From a virus (Duplodnaviria; Heunggongvirae; Uroviricota; Caudoviricetes): DNA of 64,000 nt. The position numbers and the translations under genes were made by a program. The notes under the pieces are model-generated. The model was given only the letters and a program-made list of their open reading frames with translations, did not search any database and had not been told where the DNA came from. Shown piece after piece: positions 1 through 9,964 of this stretch. The DNA lies in IMG/VR virus record IMGVR_UViG_3300044981_000022, positions 1 to 64,000 of that record. The stretch is one strand, 5' to 3'. Numbering within the stretch: the stretch's first letter is position 1; each line of letters begins with the position of its first letter.

Positions 1-153
1 CCATCGGATTACGTTTGGTTGCTGCTGTCCTGGGGACGCCGATGAAGACAATCACCCGGTCGTGCTTCTCCGAGACCTGTCGGAATAATTCAAGATGTCC
101 GGCATGTAGCGAGTTTACTTGAAAGCGTCCTACAATTACACCGTAGTTAATCA

Positions 154-375
154 TTATCGAACCGCCTCATAGATTAAGAAAACCGTCCCTGCTATAATTG
201 AAACGGCTCCTACAAGAAATAACGGAAGATAAGCTAGCCATAGAGCAGTTCCGGCAGCTTCACTAGTCATTTTATGGCTAGTTACATAATCGAGGATTTT
301 ACTAGAAACATATCCCAATCCAGCACATGAGCCGCTTGCATAGATTAAGGCTAGAAGTGCGAAGATTATTCTCAT
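154..375 (-). CDS. small membrane protein (2 predicted TM helices)
   Basis: 73 aa ORF, hydrophobic segments; start of minus-strand gene string. Confidence 0.35.
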   Translation of the reverse strand: MRIIFALLALIYASGSCAGLGYVSSKILDYVTSHKMTSEAAGTALWLAYLPLFLVGAVSIIAGTVFLIYEAVR

Positions 376-803
376 CCGACGTGATACCTCCCCGGACGAG
401 GTTCTAGTTCGGCTTCAAGCTGTTCGCTAAAACTTTGTTCTACTGCGATATCCGGCTCTAGATTGCAAGCACCTTGATGGCCCATATCTAGTGTACATCC
501 CTGGCCCATACCGTAAGGTGGCTTGTACCATCCGTTGCATTTCTGTATTTCAGGTACGCTTACACAACCACCAGGCGCTGGAGGTTGCGAATCCCGAAGA
601 TGCTCTAGTTCTTTTTCAACCGGGATCGCAGACTCCGGGCCGTCATTAAACAAACGGCGACCGACTAGTTCGCAGTGGGCAATTAACGCACGTTGAAATT
701 TCTTAATAAATCCCGGATCATAGCCGTCTTGTAGCGCGTCCATAACTACTTCTACAGTTTCTTGTGCAACCGCGTTGTTGTATTGTTGTCGTGTGATTTC
801 CAT
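372..803 (-). CDS. hypothetical protein
   Basis: 143 aa ORF, 4-nt overlap with downstream gene. Confidence 0.4.
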   Translation of the reverse strand: MEITRQQYNNAVAQETVEVVMDALQDGYDPGFIKKFQRALIAHCELVGRRLFNDGPESAIPVEKELEHLRDSQPPAPGGCVSVPEIQKCNGWYKPPYGMGQGCTLDMGHQGACNLEPDIAVEQSFSEQLEAELEPRPGRYHVG

Positions 804-940
804 TTTATCTCTTCATCCATTCAAGGTTATATCGTTCTATATCCTTAGGTTTTTCGCCCACGCATATTAAAATAAAACTTCCTACTACCATAACGAGCCA
901 ACGTATCGGATAAGTTAAATACCACAAAAAGTTTACCATT

Positions 941-1267
941 TTATCTCCAATGAAACAAGATTGAGTACGCTGACAACCCCATGAATGCAGCGGCGACAAC
1001 CGCGAATCCGAGTGCCAAACGGTTATCCCAAATGGATTTCGGCTGATAAATGATCAGTCCGAGTGCTTCATACAGCCCCATCAAGCTCTCCGGACGGGCA
1101 TTGATTCTAAGTTTGTTATCTTTTACAATCCATGCTGTATGATCGATATTCGCTGTCTCAGGCGGAGTCAGGGTCATTTCGACCATGTTCGCGCCGTCTT
1201 TCTGTTCCATCTCGATATCTGTGCCGCAGGTTAATTTAACTTTTAGATGCATCATCGAAGCGCCCAC
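941..1267 (-). CDS. hypothetical protein
   Basis: 108 aa ORF in operon-like chain. Confidence 0.35.
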   Translation of the reverse strand: MGASMMHLKVKLTCGTDIEMEQKDGANMVEMTLTPPETANIDHTAWIVKDNKLRINARPESLMGLYEALGLIIYQPKSIWDNRLALGFAVVAAAFMGLSAYSILFHWR

Positions 1268-1584
1268 TCTTTCAGTTTGTGATAATTCGAGTTACGGAAT
1301 ATAGTACATCCTAACTTGATAAAGTTTTTACCGTGAAACCCACTATCGCTCAGGTACTCTTTTTTGTTTCTATAAGTGCCCCGATAGGTCAGGGTATAAT
1401 CAAATTCGAACTCTCCAGTTTTCTGAAGTGCTTTTCTAATCTGACTACGCGGCATAGAGTATGGATCGGGGTCTTGTTCTCGTAATTGATTCGGCCTAAG
1501 CTCATAGACCATTAACGATGAGTTAATTGTTGGATATTCTTTTCGTTTTGTCATGGTGTTTGTCCGCCTTTCAATGTAAACCAA
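1252..1584 (-). CDS. hypothetical protein
   Basis: 110 aa ORF. Confidence 0.35.
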   Translation of the reverse strand: MVYIERRTNTMTKRKEYPTINSSLMVYELRPNQLREQDPDPYSMPRSQIRKALQKTGEFEFDYTLTYRGTYRNKKEYLSDSGFHGKNFIKLGCTIFRNSNYHKLKEWALR

Positions 1585-1814
1585 ATTGTGAAGCAGGGAA
1601 TCAGATTAATACAAAATCTCTTTTCACGCTTCGAGTAGTGTACGCCGAAGCCACACCGATGTCAAGTTAAAAAGAAAGCCATAATGCCAAGATTGGGCAT
1701 CGGCAGCGCATCCTGGGCACTGTCTCGTAATGAAGATATCGAAATGATTATTATGCTCTTCAAACGGCCCGACACGTCTTTCCAGCAATCGAACTGCGCC
1801 TATCATCCGTCCGC

Positions 1815-2174
1815 TCATTTGCGCTCTTGCACCACCGCTAAACTCTGAAAGATGTACTTGTTGTCCCCACACCTGAACATAATCCCGTCCAGCTTGCCGA
1901 CTTCCTTACCCTGAAAACTCTGGATAGCCAGTGGCACGATCTCCATCTTACAGATTGACAAGTCTCCCGGTGACAACGGCGCTGCGGCATCCACCGGGAC
2001 CAACCCGATTGCCAGCGGGATTGACGGGACAAAGAACCGGACATTGTTTACGGTGCGGTCGTATTTCAGGACGATCTGATTGTGAACTTCCGCTCCGTGA
2101 GTAGGGATGATATATGTAAAATATCCCATCATTACAAGCATCAAAATCATACCGACTGACAGAATTGATTTCAT
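1815..2174 (-). CDS. secreted/membrane-anchored hypothetical protein
   Basis: 119 aa, N-terminal hydrophobic signal-like segment; 4-nt overlap chain with 2171..2446. Confidence 0.35.
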   Translation of the reverse strand: MKSILSVGMILMLVMMGYFTYIIPTHGAEVHNQIVLKYDRTVNNVRFFVPSIPLAIGLVPVDAAAPLSPGDLSICKMEIVPLAIQSFQGKEVGKLDGIMFRCGDNKYIFQSLAVVQERK

Positions 2175-2446
2175 TTTCGACTCCGGCGTTCAGCTTCTTC
2201 TCGATTAGCGATAGCATTCTGTTTAAACTGTATCGAACCTGCGCATTCCCGATCTTTGGTTGTCGGCTGGTGCTCTCCGTCGTCATCGTGTGTTGTAGTC
2301 TTGTGGCAGATAAACGGGAACCCCTGAAATACACTTTGACAAATTTCATTGAATCTGCCACGAGCAAGACTCTTGCGCATGTGAGCCTGTTCCGGCGAGT
2401 GACCGAACGGACAATTATCACACATCTTTAGCATCGGTTGAATCAC
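2171..2446 (-). CDS. Cys-rich small protein
   Basis: 91 aa, CxxC motifs; overlaps integrase stop by 4 nt. Confidence 0.3.
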   Translation of the reverse strand: MIQPMLKMCDNCPFGHSPEQAHMRKSLARGRFNEICQSVFQGFPFICHKTTTHDDDGEHQPTTKDRECAGSIQFKQNAIANREEAERRSRK

Positions 2447-3384
2447 ACTCCCTCCGGCAAATTAAATCCTAATCCAGCTTTCTGTGCCCACTGCTTCCGG
2501 GATTCGATTTCTGTTCCGACTTTAGTGTAACGGTCCGTGACCGATTCGTCCTCGTGACCGATCCAGAAGTGAATCAGGCTCTCCGGGACCGATTGCAAAC
2601 GAAGGTGGGTCACACGGAATCTCCGTAGTGAATGGAACCCGCCGAGAATACCACACTTCGATAACCGTTGTCTATAGTAATTTTCGGACATCGGGAAAAC
2701 AAATCCGTTAATGTCATTCAGCATTAGCTGAAACGAAAGAAACTGATTCAATTCTAGTGGTAGGTCGATTTCCCGAATCCCGGCTCTTGTTTTAGTTGGC
2801 CCTACTTTTTCGGCTCTGCGCTGCTGACGAACATAAATAACTGCTTTGTCTCTATCCCAGACGTTGTTCTGACGTTCATCGCCGTGGGCCACCAAAGCCA
2901 AAGCCTCCCCGATTCTCAGGCCCGTTCCGGCGAGAACTGCAATTAATGATGGTAAACCACTATCCGAGGATTTTATCGCGTCTGTGACCGCCTGGGCGCT
3001 TGCAATAGGTGCGGATTGATCCTTTATCTCTGGTGCATCGATGAATTCGGTGTTCCAGGTATAAGGATACAATTCCGCGCCTTCATTGTCTTGTGCCGAT
3101 CCTCGTATCTGTTTGATAATGTTGATGTTAAGAGCTATAGACGCTGGTTTAAGGTTTTTAGCTGCCAAAACAGCCGCTAAGTCTTTAACTGCTTTATTTC
3201 CTATGACATCCAAAGGAAGATTACCGATATTGGGGTTAAGATTCGTCTCAATCTGCGACTTATATACTTTGATGGTAGCCGGTCGAAACGGGCTTCTCTT
3301 TCTATTCGTACCTTGCTGGAGAAACAACCTCGCCTGATCGCGAAACAGCGGAGCCGTGCTTTGAGCTATGAGTCTCTTTTTCAT
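2443..3384 (-). CDS. tyrosine site-specific recombinase / phage integrase
   Basis: 313 aa; 'LRIGEALAL' box I Arg, 'HSLRRFRVTHL' HxxR, 'GHEDESVTDRYTK' catalytic Tyr. Confidence 0.75.
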   Translation of the reverse strand: MKKRLIAQSTAPLFRDQARLFLQQGTNRKRSPFRPATIKVYKSQIETNLNPNIGNLPLDVIGNKAVKDLAAVLAAKNLKPASIALNINIIKQIRGSAQDNEGAELYPYTWNTEFIDAPEIKDQSAPIASAQAVTDAIKSSDSGLPSLIAVLAGTGLRIGEALALVAHGDERQNNVWDRDKAVIYVRQQRRAEKVGPTKTRAGIREIDLPLELNQFLSFQLMLNDINGFVFPMSENYYRQRLSKCGILGGFHSLRRFRVTHLRLQSVPESLIHFWIGHEDESVTDRYTKVGTEIESRKQWAQKAGLGFNLPEGV

Positions 3385-3388
3385 GACT

Positions 3389-3598
3389 TTAGTGAACCCT
3401 TCCCGCTTCGATTTCTTTTAGAATTGCACTAGCTTCATCGGCCCCACATTCGCATTTACGTTTTTCTAGAGGAACACCATCGTAATGTCCAAAATATCCA
3501 GCGGCCTTCGGACACGCATAAAAGCCGTCATCGCAAGATCGATGGTGCTGCTTCTCTTTAAGAAAATCTATGATCCGGGAAAACAGTTCGTTCTTCAT
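3389..3598 (-). CDS. Cys/His-rich small protein
   Basis: 69 aa ORF with Cys pairs. Confidence 0.3.
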   Translation of the reverse strand: MKNELFSRIIDFLKEKQHHRSCDDGFYACPKAAGYFGHYDGVPLEKRKCECGADEASAILKEIEAGRVH

Positions 3599-3613
3599 AT
3601 GGTTAATATTAGA

Positions 3614-3967
3614 TTAACCTTGGCGTCTGTCAAGCAATTTCTTAGGAACTAAAAACGCCGTCCAACTGAAAAAGAAGAACAGATCGCCTACCGAGTATCT
3701 AATCTTCTTCGGGTTGCCGTGAACATCGCACAGAAATTTAAATCTGGTTTGATCGGTTAACCTGGAGTGTTGGCCGTCATCTAGTAGCTTCGGGTCGCCT
3801 TGCCAATTTGAGACAGGCATTCTGTTGTGATTAGCGAGCATTGTCGTTAAATTCAACACCCCGGCGAGCATCATAAACCCGACAAACAATTTGTATCTTC
3901 TACTAGGAGCGAATATAACAAACAAAAGCAGAACCAGCATAACAATAAGTTTGATTAAGATGTACAT
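3614..3967 (-). CDS. membrane protein
   Basis: 117 aa, N-terminal TM helices. Confidence 0.35.
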   Translation of the reverse strand: MYILIKLIVMLVLLLFVIFAPSRRYKLFVGFMMLAGVLNLTTMLANHNRMPVSNWQGDPKLLDDGQHSRLTDQTRFKFLCDVHGNPKKIRYSVGDLFFFFSWTAFLVPKKLLDRRQG

Positions 3968-4499
3968 ATTCCTCCTAATTCAAAGCGACCTATTCCACGC
4001 TCTTGTGGGCGGTCCGAGTCTAACCGTGTATTCACTAAGTCCCGTTGCGGGCTGCGGGAACGGTTTATGGGTGAAACCCGTCGCTTTGAAACCGAACTAA
4101 CCGATTCCTCCCCACTTCTCTTTGCCGTCTTGAAACCCCAACCATATGAAGATACTTACTCCAGGCTTGGATTGCGGAGTGCCGCCATCCCAACGCTTAG
4201 AACGCAGGATCACGCGCTTGGATTCGATGTAATCGTACCAGTGTTGACTGGCTCCGCCTGATTCCTTACCGCGAAGAACTTTGTTGTGTGGTTTTGCCAT
4301 CTTTAATTTCCATTTCACAGTACTCGCAATACGTAAATCTACCGATCTTCGCCCGTCGATCTCCCGGCTTAATCTGTTTCGGACACCGTGCACAGCGAAA
4401 CGATTTTAAAGTAACTGGATTAGCCACCATAAAAATGCCTCTATGATATCTTCGGAGTATTCATCCGGGTCTAGTTGCTCGTTCGGATCGATATAACTA

Positions 4500-4907
4500 T
4501 CAAACATTCGCGCCCCACAACGGCAAATAATCTAAAACGCCCTCTATCTGTTTCTTTGTCGCTAACACAGCAACTGCCGTCACAATGTCTCCAGGTCCGT
4601 AAGCTTCTAGATTCGTGTCTGCAAACATCAAAGGACCTAACTTTCGTTTGAACAATAAATTCCTGACATGCCACAATTCTGAAGTATCACGAGCCTGTAA
4701 AATGATTGTTGTCACGGGTTCGAAAGTCGTGACATCCCAAGTATGATATTTGTGATCGAAATCATATTTTATCATACTGTGCCGAAGCTTACTTACGACA
4801 TGACAAGCCTGGGCAATCTGCCGCCCTGGTGGTTGGATAACCGTGCGCCGGGACGGTGTTTGAACCGTCCCTGCCACAATGACATAAATTTTCTGTTCTT
4901 CAATCAT
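4500..4907 (-). CDS. peptidyl-tRNA hydrolase, PTH2 family (putative)
   Basis: 135 aa; 'KIYVIV...GRQIAQACHV' resembles PTH2 'K.VLVV...GKGKIAAQCSHA'; 'GPGDIVTAVAVL' resembles the PTH2 C-terminal motif. Confidence 0.55.
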   Translation of the reverse strand: MIEEQKIYVIVAGTVQTPSRRTVIQPPGRQIAQACHVVSKLRHSMIKYDFDHKYHTWDVTTFEPVTTIILQARDTSELWHVRNLLFKRKLGPLMFADTNLEAYGPGDIVTAVAVLATKKQIEGVLDYLPLWGANV

Positions 4908-6046
4908 GAAAGTTTAGTTGCCCGATAATATCTGCTGTTTCCACAATCTCTCTGTTGATCCTTGGCTTCTCGATCTGCTTCTTCAAAGGTAGAATAAACA
5001 TAACTCTTCAAAGGTTGACCGTTTGCAGAACGATTATTTGAACGGCTCCAGTAACCATTTGGAGGAAACAATTGAACTTCTACGACATACTCTCCGGGTG
5101 TTGACACCGGGGTACGTTGTGTTCCGGTGTACTCCCAAACAACTACAGGACGACGGTTGTTTCCCTTCCGGGTGCTCTTTACTGTCTCTCCGGTGTTTCT
5201 AAAGTTTTTTGTAAAGACCGATCCGGCGCGATTGCCGAGCATTGCCGATGTGACGTTTTGTTTCGCTAGCTCAGTTTGAACCTGATCGATATCTACGGTC
5301 TTATTCTTCTGACCGAGTTCAACAGCTATTTTTCGAGCTAGGCCGAGCGGATCGAGAGTAAATGCTGGTGCGGTGCCGGTACGGGGTTTTAACGGCCTGG
5401 ATTCTGAAGCAGAAGCGGAAACAACCGGCGTAGGCTCTAGCTTAACATTTTCCGGCAGCCAGCCACCTACATATCCATTTCTATTAACGCGAACATATTT
5501 ATCGTTCGGGACCGAAGATTCCACAACTATCCCAGGCTCTCCATAAACCGTAACTCGACTACCGATTGGGAAACCATAATGGGTATACACTTTCGGGGTT
5601 TCCGGATAAGTTTTCGTGGACGATACCAACTTATCAGTAGGAAATCCGCCAGATATACCAACCCATTTACCGGATAGCATTTTGAGTGAAGCCCACTCAG
5701 ATTGGAATGTACTTTTTGGATGAATAGATTCAATTCTTCCGTCTCCGGTCCAAACAGGATTAAGTTCCGGTGTGACTGTAACAATATCCCCGATCTTAAA
5801 ATCACGGATCAATTCAACCGCAAAATCCGGGTACCCGAAAACACTAGCGTCGGGAACCTGAACAGTAACATCTTTCAGATCAGGGGTGTGATAGACAACA
5901 ACCCCGGTTTTTCCGACCGCTAAATCCATCTTATCTACCCAGGCGTTCCTCCATCCGTTTTCTCCTAGTGCTGCTTTGCGGAGAATTCGAACCTTGTCGC
6001 CTTTCTTAAATACCGAGGTTGCGAGCACTACCTGAGTTTGTGACAT
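4904..6046 (-). CDS. hypothetical protein (SH3/KOW-like N-terminus)
   Basis: 380 aa ORF. Confidence 0.5.
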   Translation of the reverse strand: MSQTQVVLATSVFKKGDKVRILRKAALGENGWRNAWVDKMDLAVGKTGVVVYHTPDLKDVTVQVPDASVFGYPDFAVELIRDFKIGDIVTVTPELNPVWTGDGRIESIHPKSTFQSEWASLKMLSGKWVGISGGFPTDKLVSSTKTYPETPKVYTHYGFPIGSRVTVYGEPGIVVESSVPNDKYVRVNRNGYVGGWLPENVKLEPTPVVSASASESRPLKPRTGTAPAFTLDPLGLARKIAVELGQKNKTVDIDQVQTELAKQNVTSAMLGNRAGSVFTKNFRNTGETVKSTRKGNNRRPVVVWEYTGTQRTPVSTPGEYVVEVQLFPPNGYWSRSNNRSANGQPLKSYVYSTFEEADREAKDQQRDCGNSRYYRATKLS

Positions 6047-6047
6047 A

Positions 6048-6431
6048 TTATCTCCTCTTTTTGTCGTATCCTTGTTGAATTTTCTTTCTAATCTGGTATG
6101 TTGCGTACCAGTCTATCTCATTATCGATTTGAACTACGGTACTTCTTAATTGCTCAGATGTCTGATGGTCTGTCCCGCCAGCGTACTTACCTGTCGAATA
6201 CGCGATAATCATTTCATCGCATTTCTGATGGTACTCTTCTTGAATTCTCTTGTCAAGCTTTTTTTCTTCTAGAGTTAAATCTTTTTTCTGTTTGATCAAT
6301 AGCTCCGGATAATCATAACAGTCTTTTTGTCTCCGGCATATCTGACACTGACCGGGACCGTGATCGTGATATGGATATGTTCCCGGTCTCCGTAGTTTAT
6401 TTTGGACACGACACGATTCACAGAATTTCAT
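6048..6431 (-). CDS. Cys-rich hypothetical protein
   Basis: 127 aa, multiple Cys/His. Confidence 0.4.
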   Translation of the reverse strand: MKFCESCRVQNKLRRPGTYPYHDHGPGQCQICRRQKDCYDYPELLIKQKKDLTLEEKKLDKRIQEEYHQKCDEMIIAYSTGKYAGGTDHQTSEQLRSTVVQIDNEIDWYATYQIRKKIQQGYDKKRR

Positions 6432-6884
6432 TTACCACAACCCATTAAATGCGCCGTGTTCCGCAAGATGAATCATACATGATTGAAATCCAGAGCCGTG
6501 CGAGTCCCAATCTTTATTAGTTTCTCCAGGTACTAAATTGATACTATCTTTCAATTTTACGTGGCACATTTCATGGAGTAAAGTCAAATCGGCTTCTTTC
6601 CAAACCGGATTCGTAGCGATGTCAATAGAAATTACAAACGTTCCGTTTGATCGACTTTCAGTCAGCCCCATTTGATCGTAAGCAGATAAATCGGTTAATT
6701 TTATAGTCACATTCCGAAGAGCGCCGTAGAAGTATCTATCATTATAGTCACGGAAGTCATTAAGTAATCCTGCTTCCGTAGGCCGATGATTCACTGGTGC
6801 GGCATGAATTCCAGAAGTCGATCCTAAAATTCCGACCGCAATCAAAACAGTAATTTCAATTATAGCTAGTTTCCAGAATTTCAC
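6432..6884 (-). CDS. secreted zinc metallopeptidase-like protein
   Basis: 150 aa; N-terminal signal peptide; 'LLHEMCHVKL' HExxH motif. Confidence 0.4.
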   Translation of the reverse strand: MKFWKLAIIEITVLIAVGILGSTSGIHAAPVNHRPTEAGLLNDFRDYNDRYFYGALRNVTIKLTDLSAYDQMGLTESRSNGTFVISIDIATNPVWKEADLTLLHEMCHVKLKDSINLVPGETNKDWDSHGSGFQSCMIHLAEHGAFNGLW

Positions 6885-7132
6885 GGCTGAACCTCCAAAT
6901 GCATTATATAGTGTGGCTTAGGAACGAAATATTTTGGCAGTGGCACGGGGTTAGAATAAACCGTGAACATTGCATATAAAATAAGTATAGTAAAAAATAC
7001 GGTTGTGATCGCCCTTCGCCAAACTGGAATATTGTCTGTCCAGATAATTACTAATATTCCCGCCCAACTCAACATGAAAAATAAAAGAACATTTATCATA
7101 TTTCTCCTAAGCAGTCCCGATAGCCAGGACAA
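6881..7132 (-). CDS. membrane protein
   Basis: 83 aa, two hydrophobic helices. Confidence 0.35.
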   Translation of the reverse strand: MSWLSGLLRRNMINVLLFFMLSWAGILVIIWTDNIPVWRRAITTVFFTILILYAMFTVYSNPVPLPKYFVPKPHYIMHLEVQP

Positions 7133-7186
7133 ATCTACCGGGACTGGCGACGAGGAAGTTCATCATAACATTTCCTCGTAAACTTG

Positions 7187-8329
7187 TCAACTAAAAAGAT
7201 GCGGAACAAAACTACTTAAATTATCTGTAATCGGGCCTTCTGATTCCCGGATGCCTATTCCAGCGGACACCTGATCGATGATCCAGCTTCCGATAACTGC
7301 ATAATCGTTGTCTTGACGCCATACCGGGGCTAGCTTTTGGAATACAAATCCTTCTTCACCGTAATCTCCGGTAGTACTCAATGTTCCTTCATTAGAATAA
7401 AATGTAATGTTCGCACCTTCTCTGGACATCTTCGGTTTACGAACATATTGATCCATTAGATGCGGACCGTCTAAATGAGATTCTAATAGATTAGGATGAT
7501 GTGGAAACATATCCCATAACACAGCCAAGGTTGCTTTATTCGAGAATAGCATCTTCCACGCCGGTTCGATCCACTGTGTTTTGGTATCAATCAAATGCTT
7601 TCCGAATTCCTCGTGAACCATCCACTCCCACGGATACAATTTAAAAATAGACTTGATTTCACGATTGCGCATATCAACGAATTTTTTACCGTCGAATTGC
7701 AAGTCGTTGCAAAATCCTATATCCTTCATCAAGATCATTTCTGTCTTTAACCCGGCCTGGGTCGCGGTGTCCCGCATGTAGTTCGCGGTCATTGTATCTT
7801 CGCCTGCCGGATCGTCTATATGCGCTAGATATAATGGGGAAGACATATAGTCATTCAGTTCTTTCCATTTTGCAATCAGTCTTTCATGGATTGAATTAAA
7901 TTGATCTGAAGATTTATGTAAGTCTTGTAGCCAGTACCATTGTACAACCGCCGCTTCTAACAACCCTGTTGGGGTATCGGCATTGTATTCCAAAAGCTTC
8001 GGTTCGTTCACGCCGTCGTATGCTAAATCGAGCCTGCCGTAAATCGCAGGAGGCTCTTCTTTCCAAGTTTTCTCAATCAATGGGATTGCGATCTGTGGGA
8101 TTCCTAGAGATGAATACAACTGCTCATCAATAATCTTTTGTCCGGCGAGAAGATATAGCCGCTGAATTTCATTTGTTGCTGCTTCTAATGTGTCTACCTG
8201 CTTCGCTGTAAACTCATAAAATCTTGATTCGTCCCAATATGGACGACCTTTAGTATGATGATAGATCAGGCCGAGTTCTTCGACCTGATCTACCCAATTC
8301 GAACGGGGTTTGGTTGAATGACGGATCAT
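7187..8329 (-). CDS. glutathionylspermidine synthase-like (ATP-grasp) family protein
   Basis: 380 aa; 'YGRLDLAYDG...LLEYNADTPTGL' matches the GspS family signature. Confidence 0.55.
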   Translation of the reverse strand: MIRHSTKPRSNWVDQVEELGLIYHHTKGRPYWDESRFYEFTAKQVDTLEAATNEIQRLYLLAGQKIIDEQLYSSLGIPQIAIPLIEKTWKEEPPAIYGRLDLAYDGVNEPKLLEYNADTPTGLLEAAVVQWYWLQDLHKSSDQFNSIHERLIAKWKELNDYMSSPLYLAHIDDPAGEDTMTANYMRDTATQAGLKTEMILMKDIGFCNDLQFDGKKFVDMRNREIKSIFKLYPWEWMVHEEFGKHLIDTKTQWIEPAWKMLFSNKATLAVLWDMFPHHPNLLESHLDGPHLMDQYVRKPKMSREGANITFYSNEGTLSTTGDYGEEGFVFQKLAPVWRQDNDYAVIGSWIIDQVSAGIGIRESEGPITDNLSSFVPHLFS

Positions 8330-8697
8330 TCCCCAACCGCTCCCTCACCTATGCCGCCGAATCCGCCGCGAGACACAATCCCTACACTCGCTCCGGCTCC
8401 AAACGATGATCCTTCTGGGGCTATAAATGTTCCGTGTCCTGGCGCTACGATAACTCGTGCGCCAACCGGATAACTATGATTTCCATTCATATAGTACCAA
8501 TAATAGAACCAATATCCGTTATCGGTTTGACCGTTGTTTTTGTACATGCTTTCGCACTTCTGAACCTCAACTGTATTTCCTTGAGGATCAAGACATGCGC
8601 GAGTGTACTGTTCGTCTGGAATGCTGTCGCATCCTGCCATAAAAGCGGCTGCGAACGCTGGTAGTAAAACTAATCTTACTTTTGAACTTATTTTCAT
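8326..8697 (-). CDS. lipoprotein
   Basis: 123 aa; signal peptide ending 'FMAGC' lipobox; Gly/Tyr-rich. Confidence 0.45.
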   Translation of the reverse strand: MKISSKVRLVLLPAFAAAFMAGCDSIPDEQYTRACLDPQGNTVEVQKCESMYKNNGQTDNGYWFYYWYYMNGNHSYPVGARVIVAPGHGTFIAPEGSSFGAGASVGIVSRGGFGGIGEGAVGE

Positions 8698-9722
8698 TGC
8701 GGGTCTGCTTTCTTTTCGTGATGCTGTGGTGAGATCAAGATATTCGCTGGATTGACTCCGCCGCTACCGAAGAATGTCTCCGGGAATGCGCCGTCCCATT
8801 TATCCTTGAGTAGTTCTAGGGTGCGAATCTGAATTAATTCAGGAGTGATACTCTCTTTTTGTAGACGCTGTGCTTCGGCCTTAGCTTTAGCGACAATCAG
8901 AACAGATTGCGCTTCGCCGTTTGCGTTTGCAACTTTAGCTTCGGCTAGTCCGACTGCTTCTGCTTGGGCCTGCTGCGCTTCGACCTTGATGCGTTGCAGA
9001 TCATTAGTAGCCTGCTCCGCTTTCTGTTGGGCTACCTGTTTGGACTCGATAGCAGCTTCATAATCCTTCGAGAACTTAAAATCTGTTACCGCTGTAGCTT
9101 CCGGAATAACATGGCTTCCCTTCAAGCTAGTTGTAACAAACGCTTCGATACCATCGCGGACCAGTGGCCGCTTACTGACCAACTCTTGTACATCATACTG
9201 AGATGTCACAGACTTGACAGCTTCGAGAATCGCCGGTCCGATAATCCTAGATTCGGGATCACCGTTGTCTTGAACATAAACATAATCGGCAAAATCCGGA
9301 TCAATATGATATCGGAACGTGATTTGAAAATACACAATCTGCAAATCCTTAGACGCCGCTTCCTCGTTTGGCTGAACGATTCTAGACTGGACTGGATATT
9401 CAACCACAGTAGAACCGATAGGACGAACAAAGTGCAATCCGGGTTCGAGATTTCCGACAACATGTCCAAAGTGTTTCAAAATTCCACGATTGCCTGCATC
9501 GACTTGGACGTTCGACAAACACAACCCAAAGAAGAACAACGGAAGAGTTAGAGATACGATAGCTTTTAACAACCCGCCGGTCGTAAAATTAAAGTGTGGA
9601 TGTTGGGTTGTTCGACCGAACTGGTCTTTTGTTTCTGGGGTTAACTTAAACATCTTGTAAATTACAAAAGCTGGTAATCCGAGCGATAACACCGACAGCA
9701 AAATAAATAGAAATGTAAGCAT
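8694..9722 (-). CDS. SPFH/band-7 (stomatin/prohibitin/HflKC-like) membrane protein
   Basis: 342 aa; N-terminal TM, band-7 core, Ala/Gln/Glu-rich coiled coil 'QQKAEQATNDLQRIKVEAQQAQAEA'. Confidence 0.65.
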   Translation of the reverse strand: MLTFLFILLSVLSLGLPAFVIYKMFKLTPETKDQFGRTTQHPHFNFTTGGLLKAIVSLTLPLFFFGLCLSNVQVDAGNRGILKHFGHVVGNLEPGLHFVRPIGSTVVEYPVQSRIVQPNEEAASKDLQIVYFQITFRYHIDPDFADYVYVQDNGDPESRIIGPAILEAVKSVTSQYDVQELVSKRPLVRDGIEAFVTTSLKGSHVIPEATAVTDFKFSKDYEAAIESKQVAQQKAEQATNDLQRIKVEAQQAQAEAVGLAEAKVANANGEAQSVLIVAKAKAEAQRLQKESITPELIQIRTLELLKDKWDGAFPETFFGSGGVNPANILISPQHHEKKADPQ

Positions 9723-9748
9723 GGTTTTTCTCTTTTCTTTGATTTATA

Positions 9749-9964
9749 TTACTTCAAAATTCCGACGCAATCTGAATATATAATCGTGAAAATCAATCCG
9801 AATAGGAATATTCCTACAATAGCTACGGTTAACCCTGGATGATCCTCCGATAACCTAGCTAGACCCCACCCGAGACCTACAGCAGCGGCCATAACTCCCA
9901 CAGCCCCGAATGTAATCTCTAATGCTTTTATTACACAAACCCAGTTCATCGTGCATTTTCCCAA
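9749..9964 (-). CDS. small membrane protein (short NfeD-like partner of SPFH?)
   Basis: 71 aa, 2 TM; immediately upstream of the SPFH gene as in NfeD-SPFH operons. Confidence 0.3.
   Translation of the reverse strand: MGKCTMNWVCVIKALEITFGAVGVMAAAVGLGWGLARLSEDHPGLTVAIVGIFLFGLIFTIIYSDCVGILK

Noticed and set aside
1948-2421. 157-aa minus-strand ORF overlapping both 1815-2174 and 2171-2446
   Set aside because: It conflicts with a clean chain of 4-nt-overlapping genes (2443-3384 / 2171-2446 / 1815-2174). It is probably a shadow ORF.
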